The translations under genes were made by a program, and so were the position numbers. Below the pieces are notes generated by a model. It worked only from the letters and a program-made list of their open reading frames with translations. It had not been told where the DNA came from and ran no database searches. A DNA stretch of 64,000 nt from assembly GCA_964597575.1 (NCBI GenBank), contig CAZQXB010000001.1:530111-594110 (forward strand). Reading direction: 5' to 3'. The DNA is from an uncultured Gammaproteobacteria bacterium. GTDB lineage: Bacteria > Patescibacteriota > Patescibacteriia > Magasanikbacterales > UBA922. Positions 28,218-37,226 of this stretch are shown here, one piece after another; positions within the stretch are counted from its first letter, which is position 1, and the number at the start of each line of letters is the position of its first letter.

Positions 28218-29171
28218 ATGAAAAAATCTTGGCTTATTTATTTTTTGGCAGGCCTTAGTGTAAGTTTATTTTTTTTGGCAATTTTCTTTTCTCTCTTTTC
28301 AGAGCCAAAACATATGCCATCGGCTAAGTCGTCACCTGTTGTGGTGACGATATATCCACTGCAGTATTTAGCCGAACGTCTCCTTCTCGGTGTTGCAGAA
28401 GTTCGTGGGGCCGTGCCAGCTGGGGCTGAACCGCACGACTTTGAACCGCGCCCTCAGGATGTGGCTGAACTTCTCGAGGCTCCTATAGTAATTGCGAATG
28501 GGGCACATGTCGATGGGTGGGTTTTAGGACTAAAGTCAGATATTGAAAAACGGAACCACAAACTTCTAGTTTTAGCCGACCATCTTTCTTTCTTACCGCT
28601 TCAGCACGATGAAGAGGAGTCTTCGCACGAAGAGGAAGAAGGGGATATTGATCCACATATGTGGCTTGACCCGGTTCTTATGAAGGATGCCGCTCGTCTT
28701 ATGCGCGACGATTTTAAAAATCTGTACCAAGAAAAAAGTGCAGTGATTGATATAAACTATAATCAGCTTTTGGAAGATTTAGAGCATCTCGATACTGCCT
28801 ACCGCACCCTTCTTGCAACATGCCAAACAAGAACCGCTATCGTTTCACACAATGCGTTCTCGTATATTGGAAAACGCTACAATATTGAGTTTGTCCCTAT
28901 TGCCGGAGTGTCTCCAGAAAATGAACCGTCTCCACAGCGCCTCGCCGAGGTGGCAAACATTGCTCAAGAAAAAAAAGTAACTACCATTTTTTTCGAAACT
29001 CTCGTGTCGCCTGATGTGGCAAATGTGGTTGCTAAGGAAGTTGGTGTAAAAACAGATGTCCTGAACCCGATCGAAGGGCTTACATCTCAAGATCAAAAAG
29101 AAGGAAATGATTACCTTTCGCTGATGATGAATAATGCCTACGCGCTGAAGAGCGCCCTTGTATGCCAGTAA
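28218..29171 (+). CDS. znuA: zinc ABC transporter substrate-binding protein
   Basis: EPHDFEP, His/Glu-rich loop, DPHMWLDP, SHNAF.Y. Confidence 0.9.
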   Translation: MKKSWLIYFLAGLSVSLFFLAIFFSLFSEPKHMPSAKSSPVVVTIYPLQYLAERLLLGVAEVRGAVPAGAEPHDFEPRPQDVAELLEAPIVIANGAHVDGWVLGLKSDIEKRNHKLLVLADHLSFLPLQHDEEESSHEEEEGDIDPHMWLDPVLMKDAARLMRDDFKNLYQEKSAVIDINYNQLLEDLEHLDTAYRTLLATCQTRTAIVSHNAFSYIGKRYNIEFVPIAGVSPENEPSPQRLAEVANIAQEKKVTTIFFETLVSPDVANVVAKEVGVKTDVLNPIEGLTSQDQKEGNDYLSLMMNNAYALKSALVCQ

Positions 29172-29860
29172 AGCACGATAATACACAAATTATTTGCCAG
29201 AATGTTGGTTTCGCGTATCCAGGAGCAGAACCCGTTCTTCGAGATGTTAGTTTTTCTCTTGAGGCCGGAGAATATGTGGGCATCGTCGGACCAAATGGTG
29301 GAGGAAAATCAACATTGCTTCACCTACTTGCGGGTATTCTTCATCCGACAAAAGGAGATATTCGAATTTTTGGGCACTCAACGCACGATGCACATCACCA
29401 TATCGATATTGGGTTTGTTCCGCAGAGAATGGAAAATGATATTCGTATGTTTCCGGCAACCGTTGAAGAGATTGTGCAAAGCGGCCGTGTCCGCCACCAT
29501 CTCCTTCATGGAAAACATGAACATGATGATGAGGCTGCGGCAGTGGCTATTCGTCGGGTCAATATTGAGCACTTACGAAAACGTCGCATCGGCATGCTTT
29601 CCGGTGGAGAGTTTCAGCGGGTGATGATTGCGCGTGCTCTTTGTGCTGAACCAGAAATTTTACTTCTTGATGAGCCAACCGTTGGGGTAGATCGAGCAAG
29701 TCAAGAAACATTTTATTCCCTTCTTCGCACTCTTCACCAAGAACTTCATCTGACGATTTTGCTGGTTTCGCATGATATTGCACCAATCCGGAAAGATGCA
29801 ACTCGCTTTTTGACCGTCGACGGTACGGTGTATGAGGGGGAAACCGCGCATACCTCCTAA
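29162..29860 (+). CDS. znuC: zinc ABC transporter ATPase
   Basis: GPNGGGKST, LSGGEFQR, LLDEPT. Confidence 0.9.
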   Translation: MPVKHDNTQIICQNVGFAYPGAEPVLRDVSFSLEAGEYVGIVGPNGGGKSTLLHLLAGILHPTKGDIRIFGHSTHDAHHHIDIGFVPQRMENDIRMFPATVEEIVQSGRVRHHLLHGKHEHDDEAAAVAIRRVNIEHLRKRRIGMLSGGEFQRVMIARALCAEPEILLLDEPTVGVDRASQETFYSLLRTLHQELHLTILLVSHDIAPIRKDATRFLTVDGTVYEGETAHTS

Positions 29861-29869
29861 GCCTCTCTT

Positions 29870-30685
29870 ATGTTTTTTGATCTCTTTACCTTCGAATTCA
29901 TGCAAAGAGCATTCCTTGCGGGGTCTGTAGTTGGGCTTATTGCTCCGATCATTGGAATGTTTTTGGTGGTACGGCGGTATAGTTATTTAGCCGACACTTT
30001 AGCGCATGTTTCTCTTCTCGGCATTACTTTCGGTATTCTTTTTCGTATTCCACCCGTTGGTGCGGCGGCACTTACGACTGTCTCAGCCGCGCTTATCATT
30101 GAACATATTCGTGAGAAAGGGAAGCTATGGGGAGATTCTCTCTTATCCCTTCTTTTGTCTGGAAGTTTGGCGGTGGCTCTTGTTCTCATGAGCCTAACGA
30201 ACGCTTCGGGTATTCGAGTAACCAGTATTTTGTTTGGAAGCATTACCACACTCACTTCTTTTGATGTGGGGCTTATCGGGGTACTTGGTTTTCTCGTACT
30301 TATTATCCTTGCCTTTTTATACCATTCGCTTTTTATCATTTCTTTTCATGAAGCCTTGGCTCGCGGAGAGGGTGTCTCGGTATCTTTGGTAAATCGTGTT
30401 TTTGTTATCTTAGCTTCACTTACTGTTGCCATTTCCCTTCAAACCCTCGGGGTTCTTTTGGTCGGGGCGCTCATGACGATTCCGGTAATTACGGCGACCC
30501 TTCTTAATCGTGGATTTCGTCAAACCATGTATTGGTCGATAGCCATTTCGCTCTTGTCGGTGTGGGTGGGGTTAGTGGGTTCGTATCTTTTGAATACCCC
30601 AAGCGGTGCGTCGATCGTAACCGTTCTTCTTTGCTGCTTTGTTTCCGTCTTTCTTCTGAGAACCGTATTATTTCGGGCCCGTTGA
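29870..30685 (+). CDS. znuB: zinc ABC transporter permease
   Basis: ADTLAH, LFGSI, G.LLVGAL..IP, PSGASIV. Confidence 0.9.
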   Translation: MFFDLFTFEFMQRAFLAGSVVGLIAPIIGMFLVVRRYSYLADTLAHVSLLGITFGILFRIPPVGAAALTTVSAALIIEHIREKGKLWGDSLLSLLLSGSLAVALVLMSLTNASGIRVTSILFGSITTLTSFDVGLIGVLGFLVLIILAFLYHSLFIISFHEALARGEGVSVSLVNRVFVILASLTVAISLQTLGVLLVGALMTIPVITATLLNRGFRQTMYWSIAISLLSVWVGLVGSYLLNTPSGASIVTVLLCCFVSVFLLRTVLFRAR

Positions 30686-30753
30686 CGTGGTGTACGCCCC
30701 AAGGTAAACTACCTGTACCCCCTAAACCGTGGGGAAATTTTTATCATGTATAT

Positions 30754-31464
30754 ATGAAACACATCTCCTCTCTTTTGCTTGTGGTGGCTGTGGTTGTTAC
30801 TATGGGTGCAGGCTGTTTTAAAAAGGCTGCGACTCCTACTCCAACGACTCCAACGCCAATGCCATCAGAAATGCCTGCGCCAACACCATCAACCAGTATG
30901 GAAGATGATGCAACTTTGGCTGCGAGCATGGTATTTGAAGTTGATACTACGAAAAGCAGCTTAGAATGGTACGGTGCAAAAAAAGTAGGAGGTAACCACC
31001 GTGGAACGATTGGTATTAAGGTAGGTGAGGTGGCGGTGAAGGACGGAATGCCTCTTTCTGGAGCGCTTACGGTCGACATGGCAACAATCGCGACAACTGA
31101 CCAGAAAGCTGGGGACGCGTTGAATAAACATTTAAAATCGCCTGATTTTTTTGATGTAGAAAAGTACCCAACCGCATCTTTTCAATTGAAAGGGGTACAA
31201 AAAATTGCTGGAACAACAAATGAGTACACAGTTACAGGAGATCTCACAATGAAAGGAATTACGAATAGCATTACTTTTCCTGCGACAATTACCGGAAGTG
31301 ATGCAGGGTACACCGCAAATGCTGTTGTAAAAATTGATCGAACGAAATGGGATGTTCGCTTTGGCTCTGGAAAATTCTTTGACTCTCTTGGAGACGCCGT
31401 TATTAACGATGAGTTTGAACTTACCATTAAATTGGTCACCAAAGCAGGACAAGAGGTGAAATAG
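30754..31464 (+). CDS. YceI-family lipid/polyisoprenoid-binding protein with GAGC lipoprotein-like signal
   Basis: HLKSPDFFDVEKYPTA.F, GDLTMKG.T, IDRTKW; signal ending MGAGC and Pro/Thr linker. Confidence 0.88.
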   Translation: MKHISSLLLVVAVVVTMGAGCFKKAATPTPTTPTPMPSEMPAPTPSTSMEDDATLAASMVFEVDTTKSSLEWYGAKKVGGNHRGTIGIKVGEVAVKDGMPLSGALTVDMATIATTDQKAGDALNKHLKSPDFFDVEKYPTASFQLKGVQKIAGTTNEYTVTGDLTMKGITNSITFPATITGSDAGYTANAVVKIDRTKWDVRFGSGKFFDSLGDAVINDEFELTIKLVTKAGQEVK

Positions 31465-31487
31465 TTTTATTCTTCACGTGCGAATTA

Positions 31488-31987
31488 TGGATGACGTTAA
31501 ACCACGGGCCAGCCAACGGGATATTTTCTGGCACCTTCTTGGCATGGGGACACTCTACGCAAGTGCCATTGCTCTTACCACAGTACTCTTTCAGATCGTG
31601 AATATTTTAGTACCTGACCCTATTATTGCGGGCGGGGGCTACGGGTACGTGGTAGAGGGGGCGAAGACACTTCTCCGGAACGCCATCTCGTTTTTAGTGG
31701 TCATGTTTCCTGTCTGTGCGTATGCGTTAAAACAAATTAACGAAAGTTACGCCAATGATCCGATGAAACACGACCTGCGTATTCGGAAAACAATTATTTA
31801 CTTTACACTTTTCGTCGTGTCATTCATCATCATGTTTACCCTTGCGTTTTTGTTGAATAAGTTTTTGGCTGGAGAGCTCACCGCGCGCTTTTTCCTTAAA
31901 CTTCTCTCTACGCTTGTTGTGGCCGGAAGTGTTTTTGGGTATTACCGTTGGGACTTGCGTCGATTTGATGCACCTAAAAAAGCCTAA
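31488..31987 (+). CDS. DUF5671-like membrane protein, N-terminal part
   Basis: Four TM; IRK..IYFTLFV...L..FL.GELT.RF.LK...YY.WDL. Confidence 0.65.
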
Positions 31988-31997
31988 CCCTTCCTCT

Positions 31998-32528
31998 ATG
32001 CAGCAGATGAAATGGTTTTCGTTTGTGGTTATTGCCATAGTGGTGGCATCGGTTATTGGGGGGTTAGTTTTAGTAGGGTCTCCCCGTGAAGCCCGTGCCC
32101 GCGCAGCGGATAATATTCGCACATCACAATTAAGCATTTTGCAGTACGATATTGCTGAATTTTGGCGACAAGAAAAAACATTGCCAGAAAATTTAGCCTT
32201 ACTTCGCCCAATCGAGGGTGAGGCTGGTTTACCAAAAGATCCTACTACTGGTGCACAATTTGGATACAGCGTGGTTAATACGTCTACATTCCGTTTGTGT
32301 GCCACATTCGAAACAGAATCGATTTCAGAAGAATCCATGTATTACCCACGTATGGGCACTGAGTTTAGTGGCCCTTTCATTGGGAATGAACAGGAATGGA
32401 AACATGGAGTAGGGGAAACGTGTTTTGAGCGCCGTATTAATGATGCTTATTACCGAGAACTGGAAAAGAATGTTTCTGTGACAACTGCCGAAGTGGCTGA
32501 AAAATCAGCCCGTATTATAGCTCAATAA
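31998..32528 (+). CDS. membrane-anchored extracellular domain; probably the frameshifted C-terminal part of the DUF5671 protein
   Basis: TM-GSP..AR...D..R...L, DP.TG....Y.......F.LCATF, W.H..G..CF; frame open across the upstream A6 run. Confidence 0.6.
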   Translation: MQQMKWFSFVVIAIVVASVIGGLVLVGSPREARARAADNIRTSQLSILQYDIAEFWRQEKTLPENLALLRPIEGEAGLPKDPTTGAQFGYSVVNTSTFRLCATFETESISEESMYYPRMGTEFSGPFIGNEQEWKHGVGETCFERRINDAYYRELEKNVSVTTAEVAEKSARIIAQ

Positions 32529-32537
32529 AAAATACGT

Positions 32538-33389
32538 ATGCCGATTATTGGCGCGCATGTTTCTGTTGCAGGAGGGTGGTATAAGTGTTTTGAAAATGCA
32601 CAGGCCATTGGAGCCGAGGCGATGCAGATTTTTGGTGCATCTCCGCGACAATGGAGTGCGCGCCAACCCAACAAAGAAGATATTGCTGCGTATAAAGCGG
32701 CAGAGAAAGCAACGGGTCTTGGGCCTGTTTTTCTTCATGCCGCTTATTTGGTGAACCTTGGCTCGCCGAATTCTTTGTTGTATACAAAATCGGTCGACAG
32801 TTTAGTGGCACATTTGTCCATTGCCGAGGCGCTCGGAGCGAAAGGGCTCATTTATCATGTTGGTTCAGCGAAGGGGCATGACCGTACGAAAAGCATTGCT
32901 CAGGCGGTAAAAGGAATGAAAGAAGTGCTTAAAAAAGTACCGGGGGAAAGCTTACTCATTATAGAAAATGCGGCGGGTGGAGGAGATAAGCTTGGTGCCA
33001 CTATTGAGGAATTGGGGATTCTTTTTCGTGGAGTAGATCATCCACGCGTGAAAATTTGTTTAGACACGCAACATTTGTTTGCCGCCGGAACCATGCCAAA
33101 TTATAGTGAAAAAGAGGTGACAAGCTTGGCCAAAAAGATTGAAAAGGAAATTGGTTTTGAGCATATTGTTTCCCTTCATTTAAACGATTCAAAAACCGAG
33201 TGCGGTTCTTTGCATGATCGACATGAGAATATCGGCGAGGGTCATATCGGGAAGGCTGGTTTTGTTGCACTCGCCAAGAATAAGCAGTTTGCAAATCTGC
33301 CATGGCTCCTTGAGGTACCTGGGTTTGATGAAATGGGGCCAGATAAAAAGAATGTGGATATTGTGAAGCGTATCGTTCAATCGGTATGA
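32538..33389 (+). CDS. nfo: endonuclease IV (AP endonuclease)
   Basis: IGAHVS.AGG, HAAYLVNL, IEN.AG, CLDTQH, HLNDSK, DRHENIGEG. Confidence 0.95.
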   Translation: MPIIGAHVSVAGGWYKCFENAQAIGAEAMQIFGASPRQWSARQPNKEDIAAYKAAEKATGLGPVFLHAAYLVNLGSPNSLLYTKSVDSLVAHLSIAEALGAKGLIYHVGSAKGHDRTKSIAQAVKGMKEVLKKVPGESLLIIENAAGGGDKLGATIEELGILFRGVDHPRVKICLDTQHLFAAGTMPNYSEKEVTSLAKKIEKEIGFEHIVSLHLNDSKTECGSLHDRHENIGEGHIGKAGFVALAKNKQFANLPWLLEVPGFDEMGPDKKNVDIVKRIVQSV

Positions 33390-34462
33390 AGGTCTTTTTT
33401 TCAGGAGGTGGAACCCTGGGGCCAGTAACCCCTCTTTTGGCTATTGCTGAAACAATCCGTGAGGCACATGGTGACGCGGAATTTTTTTGGGTTGGAGAAA
33501 AAAATGGACCAGAAAAAGAATTAGTGGCTACGGCCGGTTTTACCCCTCTTGTTATTCACGCAGGGAAACTTCGCCGTTACTGGTCAATTGCAAATATAAA
33601 AGATATTGTTCATGTTTTTTTTGGGTTCTGCCAGTCGCTGCATCATGTGTGGAAAGAAAACCCTGATGTGTGTATTTCTGCTGGTGGCTTTGTGTCGGTC
33701 CCTCTTCATTTCGCCGCTTGGGTGCTTGGGGTACCAACGTGGATTCATCAGCAGGATGTGCAGGTAGGTTTGGCAAATCGACTCATGACTCCGATTGCCA
33801 AAAAAATTACAACCGCTCTCGCTGAAACAGTAAAAAAATTCCCGGCTCGAAAAACCATGTGGCTCGGGAATCCTATTCGCGAAGATGTGTATGCCGGTGA
33901 TCGAGTTCGTGCCTTGAAACGTTTTGGTTTATCGGGAACCCTTCCTGTCGTTTTTGTGACGGGTGGGGGAACAGGATCAGCTCGGGTGAATGAACTGACC
34001 GTGGGCGCCATGCAGCATTTGGTGAAACAAATTGAGATTATTCATGTGTATGGTCGTGAGCGTCCTGCTGATGCAGTGCTTCAGGCCGCGAAGATGTTTG
34101 CGCCTTTTTACCACTCCTACCCTTTTTTTACCGAAGAGATGAAAGATGCCTATGCGGTGGCTGATGTCGTTGTGTCTCGGGGAGGGTTTGGAACACTTTC
34201 TGAATTAGCAGCACTTCAGAAGCCGGCTGTACTTATCCCAAAACCAGGACACCAAGAAGATAATGTTGCCATTCTTGCAAAAGCCGAAGCCGTGGTGTTG
34301 GTCGATGAACGCACGACAAGTGGGCTTCACCTTGCTCAAATTATTCGTGGACTCTGTGACAGAAAGGATGTTCGTGCCCTTATGGCTTCGCGTTTGCATT
34401 CTCTCTTGCCTCCGGCAAAGAAAGAGAAGATTCTCGAGGTGCTTGAAGAGGCTGTGGGATAG
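33386..34462 (+). CDS. murG: lipid II GlcNAc transferase
   Basis: SGGGTLGPV.P, GGFVSVP, GNPIR, GGGTGS, SRGG..TLSE, HQ..N. Confidence 0.92.
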   Translation: MKVFFSGGGTLGPVTPLLAIAETIREAHGDAEFFWVGEKNGPEKELVATAGFTPLVIHAGKLRRYWSIANIKDIVHVFFGFCQSLHHVWKENPDVCISAGGFVSVPLHFAAWVLGVPTWIHQQDVQVGLANRLMTPIAKKITTALAETVKKFPARKTMWLGNPIREDVYAGDRVRALKRFGLSGTLPVVFVTGGGTGSARVNELTVGAMQHLVKQIEIIHVYGRERPADAVLQAAKMFAPFYHSYPFFTEEMKDAYAVADVVVSRGGFGTLSELAALQKPAVLIPKPGHQEDNVAILAKAEAVVLVDERTTSGLHLAQIIRGLCDRKDVRALMASRLHSLLPPAKKEKILEVLEEAVG

Positions 34463-34464
34463 TA

Positions 34465-34493
34465 TTGACAGGGTCGAGAGATCCAGGTATCAT
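34465..34493 (+). promoter_or_regulatory. consensus sigma70 promoter
   Basis: TTGACA (34465) -17 nt- TATCAT (34488). Confidence 0.75.
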
Positions 34494-34499
34494 CTTCCT

Positions 34500-34900
34500 G
34501 CGTGAACGGTTTGATCGTCTTTAGATGAGATCGTGTCATGCACCGCGCCTCTTTGAGAGGTTGGGTGAAAAAGCTGCAACGGAACAGCAGTTCTCTCGCT
34601 CGTCCATCGCTGAAGCGTGGTCGAAAATTGAAAATCGAATAGCGCCTCCTCGAGAGGCATCCAAAAAAATAAGCTGGGTGGATACACCCTTCTGAAAGTC
34701 CTCGGCAATTTGCGAGGGCAGAGTTCAACAGATCAATGGGTGGGGTTCGCAAACATGAGGCACAAAACCCCAGAGAAGTTCAAAAGACGTGCATATCCTT
34801 TGGTACCATGGAATGTCATGTTTGAGAGCAACTCCGGGGGCAGCATGCGAGCCGCCCCACCCACCCCCCTTCCTTCCGCGTTAAGCGGTTTTTGTTTTTT
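34500..34900 (+). ncRNA. unidentified ~400-nt structured non-coding RNA
   Basis: Own promoter, at least 9 hairpins/helices, no credible ORF, terminator CCGC-gttaa-GCGG-T run at 34876-34900. Confidence 0.65.
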
Positions 34901-34968
34901 ATGGAATGATTGGACAAATTTGTGAGAGTCCAGATACAATAATACTCACTGAATACGTATTTTTGTAT

Positions 34969-35529
34969 ATGAATGTAATTCCTACTTCAATTGAAGGTCT
35001 TCTCATAATAGAACCTAAGGCATTTGCTGATGAACGAGGCTTCTTCATGGAAACCTACAGTGCTGCTCGCTATAAAGCTGCAGGTATTTTACCCGACCTT
35101 ATTCACGACACGCTTTCCGTTTCAAAAAAGGGTGTACTCCGCGGGCTTCATTTTCAGCTTGAACCCATGTCACAGGGGAAGTTGGTGCAAGTGCTCCGTG
35201 GAAGTGTGAAAGACGTCGCGGTCGACCTTCGTTTTGGTTCCCCAACGTTTGGACAGCATGTGATGGTCGAACTTTCAGCTGAAAACAAAAAACAATTTTG
35301 GGTTCCTGCCGGCTTTGCCCACGGTTTTTTGTCTCTCGAGGATGACACTGTATTTGTCTATAAATGCACGAACGTTTATTCCAAAGAACACGAAAGAGGG
35401 CTCCGTTTTAATGATCCAGCACTCGGAATCAACTGGGGGATTGAAAATCCGATCGTTTCTGAAAAAGACGTGGTCCAACCTCTCCTTAGCGAAATAAAAG
35501 AAGCCTTTACTTATCCGTCAGAGGCGTAA
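34969..35529 (+). CDS. rfbC: dTDP-4-dehydrorhamnose 3,5-epimerase
   Basis: DERGFF.E, GVLRGLHFQ, QGKLV, DVAVDLR.GSPTFG, GFAHGF. Confidence 0.95.
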   Translation: MNVIPTSIEGLLIIEPKAFADERGFFMETYSAARYKAAGILPDLIHDTLSVSKKGVLRGLHFQLEPMSQGKLVQVLRGSVKDVAVDLRFGSPTFGQHVMVELSAENKKQFWVPAGFAHGFLSLEDDTVFVYKCTNVYSKEHERGLRFNDPALGINWGIENPIVSEKDVVQPLLSEIKEAFTYPSEA

Positions 35530-35537
35530 ATACTGCT

Positions 35538-36440
35538 ATGAGCAAAAAAGTTATTATCTTAGGAAGCAAAGGAATGCTTGGACAAGAACTCGCTCAGGTA
35601 TTTTTGAAGGATGCATCCTATGAAACCCTTGCTTGGGATAAGGAAGAAATGGACGCTACAGATTTCTCTTCTCTCGGAAAACGTTTTCAGGAAGAAAAGC
35701 CAGAATATGTCGTAAACGCGATTGCGTATAATGCGGTAGATAAGTGCGAGGAGAGTCAAGACGAATTTGCTATAGCGCTTCGTTTAAATAGAGACTTGCC
35801 AGAATTTTTAGCAAACATGAGTAGAGAGAATGGATTTACATTAGTGCATTATTCTACAGACTATGTTTTTCCGGGCAGTGCCCACGACTGCGAGTTGTTA
35901 AGGAGAGAGAAGAGAGCTCATGGCTATGCCGAAGATGCTGAGCCACAACCGATATCCAAATATGGGGAAAGTAAACTTCTCGGGGAGGTGGCGGTAAAGA
36001 AGGGCGCTGAAAAGTGTTATATTATTCGATTGTCAAAATTATTTGGAAAACCTGCATCGTCAGCCGGTGCTAAGAGAAGTTTTTTTGACGTAATGCTTGA
36101 GGTGGGTCAGACAAAACCTGACGTTCAGGTGGTCGATAGCGAACGCGGGTCGTTTACCTATGCTCCAGATCTTGCGCTTGCGAGTAAACAGCTTCTTCAG
36201 TCGGGGATGAGCTTTGGAATCTATCACTTAGTAAATGAAGGTTCTGCCACCTGGTATGAGGCCGTTAAGGAGCTGTATCAATTGGCCGGTATGCAAACAA
36301 AAATCACCCCTGTTTCAGGGGATGCATTTCCACGTCCGGCGAAGCGTCCGGTGTGCTCTGTACTTATCAATTCAAAATTTCCCCCTCTTCGACCGTATCA
36401 GGATGCGCTCCAGGAATATATTACTCAGATACGAAACTAG
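35538..36440 (+). CDS. rfbD: dTDP-4-dehydrorhamnose reductase
   Basis: GSKGMLG, STDYVF, YGESK, A.RP. Confidence 0.9.
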   Translation: MSKKVIILGSKGMLGQELAQVFLKDASYETLAWDKEEMDATDFSSLGKRFQEEKPEYVVNAIAYNAVDKCEESQDEFAIALRLNRDLPEFLANMSRENGFTLVHYSTDYVFPGSAHDCELLRREKRAHGYAEDAEPQPISKYGESKLLGEVAVKKGAEKCYIIRLSKLFGKPASSAGAKRSFFDVMLEVGQTKPDVQVVDSERGSFTYAPDLALASKQLLQSGMSFGIYHLVNEGSATWYEAVKELYQLAGMQTKITPVSGDAFPRPAKRPVCSVLINSKFPPLRPYQDALQEYITQIRN

Positions 36441-36498
36441 CTTTACCCCGAAGTTCGAAAAAACAAAAATAACCGGTTGAATCGGTTATTTTTGATAT

Positions 36499-36574
36499 TG
36501 GTGACCCGGGCGGGGTTCGAACCCGCGACCTTGGGCTTAAAAGGCCCCTGCTCTACCAGCTGAGCTACCAGGTC
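36499..36574 (-). tRNA. tRNA-Lys(UUU)
   Basis: Cloverleaf GACCTGG...CTTTTAA...GTTCGAAC...GGGTCACCA; terminator at about 36466-36492. Confidence 0.95.
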
Positions 36575-36632
36575 ATAGGCAAAATTTGCATATATGATAT
36601 ACTTAAAAATACTTCTTGTCAAGAACAAATAT

Positions 36633-37208
36633 ATGGCCCTTTCTCTAGCATACTTAGGTAAAATTCGAACCCGGCTTCACACCTATGCCGCCATGCGTCG
36701 GGAGATTATAAATAGTGCAAATACTGCGCTTCATCGTGTAAAGCGAGCGATTTTTGCGGCCCACCGAAACGACGTGTCGGAGGCAGAAGCGATTATTGTC
36801 GAAGTGGAGCATGCCTTTAAGGCCATTGAAAAGACCTACCGAAAGAACAGAGAGGTATTAGATGAAGGTGCCTATCGGGCAGCTCTTGAGGAATATGTTG
36901 AGGCAAAATTATTTACGCAATTTGTAGCTCAAAAAGCATTTGGTGGTCTTTCAAAAATGGAAGTGCCGGACGATGTCTATGTTGCCGGTTTATGCGATGT
37001 GCCAGGAGAACTATACCGGTATGCACTTCGGAAAGCGACAGAAAGACAAGATGCTGAAGTACTTCGAGCTGCGGAACTTGCCCGGGCAATTATGGAAGAA
37101 TTGGCATCGTTTGATCTCACCAGTTATTTGCGTACGAAAAATGATCAGGCCAAGCAAGCATTCCATCGGTTAGAAGAGGTAGTGTACGACATCTCATTTC
37201 GTTCGTAA
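36633..37208 (+). CDS. Translin/TRAX family protein
   Basis: RREII..., AIF..HR, LEEYVEA, Y..GL.D..GEL.R, R.K.D. Confidence 0.85.
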   Translation: MALSLAYLGKIRTRLHTYAAMRREIINSANTALHRVKRAIFAAHRNDVSEAEAIIVEVEHAFKAIEKTYRKNREVLDEGAYRAALEEYVEAKLFTQFVAQKAFGGLSKMEVPDDVYVAGLCDVPGELYRYALRKATERQDAEVLRAAELARAIMEELASFDLTSYLRTKNDQAKQAFHRLEEVVYDISFRS

Positions 37209-37226
37209 AAGTCCTTCATAAGGCAT

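Noticed and set aside
30532-30753. Long N-terminal extensions in the ORF track (YceI; likewise proS, FemABX, lexA)
   Set aside because: They overlap upstream genes or promoters; downstream ATGs match family starts
31975-31982. Classical -1 programmed frameshift (A AAA AAG)
   Set aside because: The heptamer is not in the required phase; fusing the ORFs needs a +1 shift or loss of one A
34500-34900. RNase P RNA, tmRNA, SRP RNA or T-box riboswitch
   Set aside because: Only isolated look-alike words (GAAAGUCC, GGUGAAA, UGGUACC). The conserved regions are not in order; no tRNA-like T-arm/CCA end, no tag ORF, no antiterminator; the downstream gene is rfbC.
34710-34939. Short ORFs overlapping the structured RNA
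   Set aside because: No recognisable motifs, weak starts, and they run through the terminator
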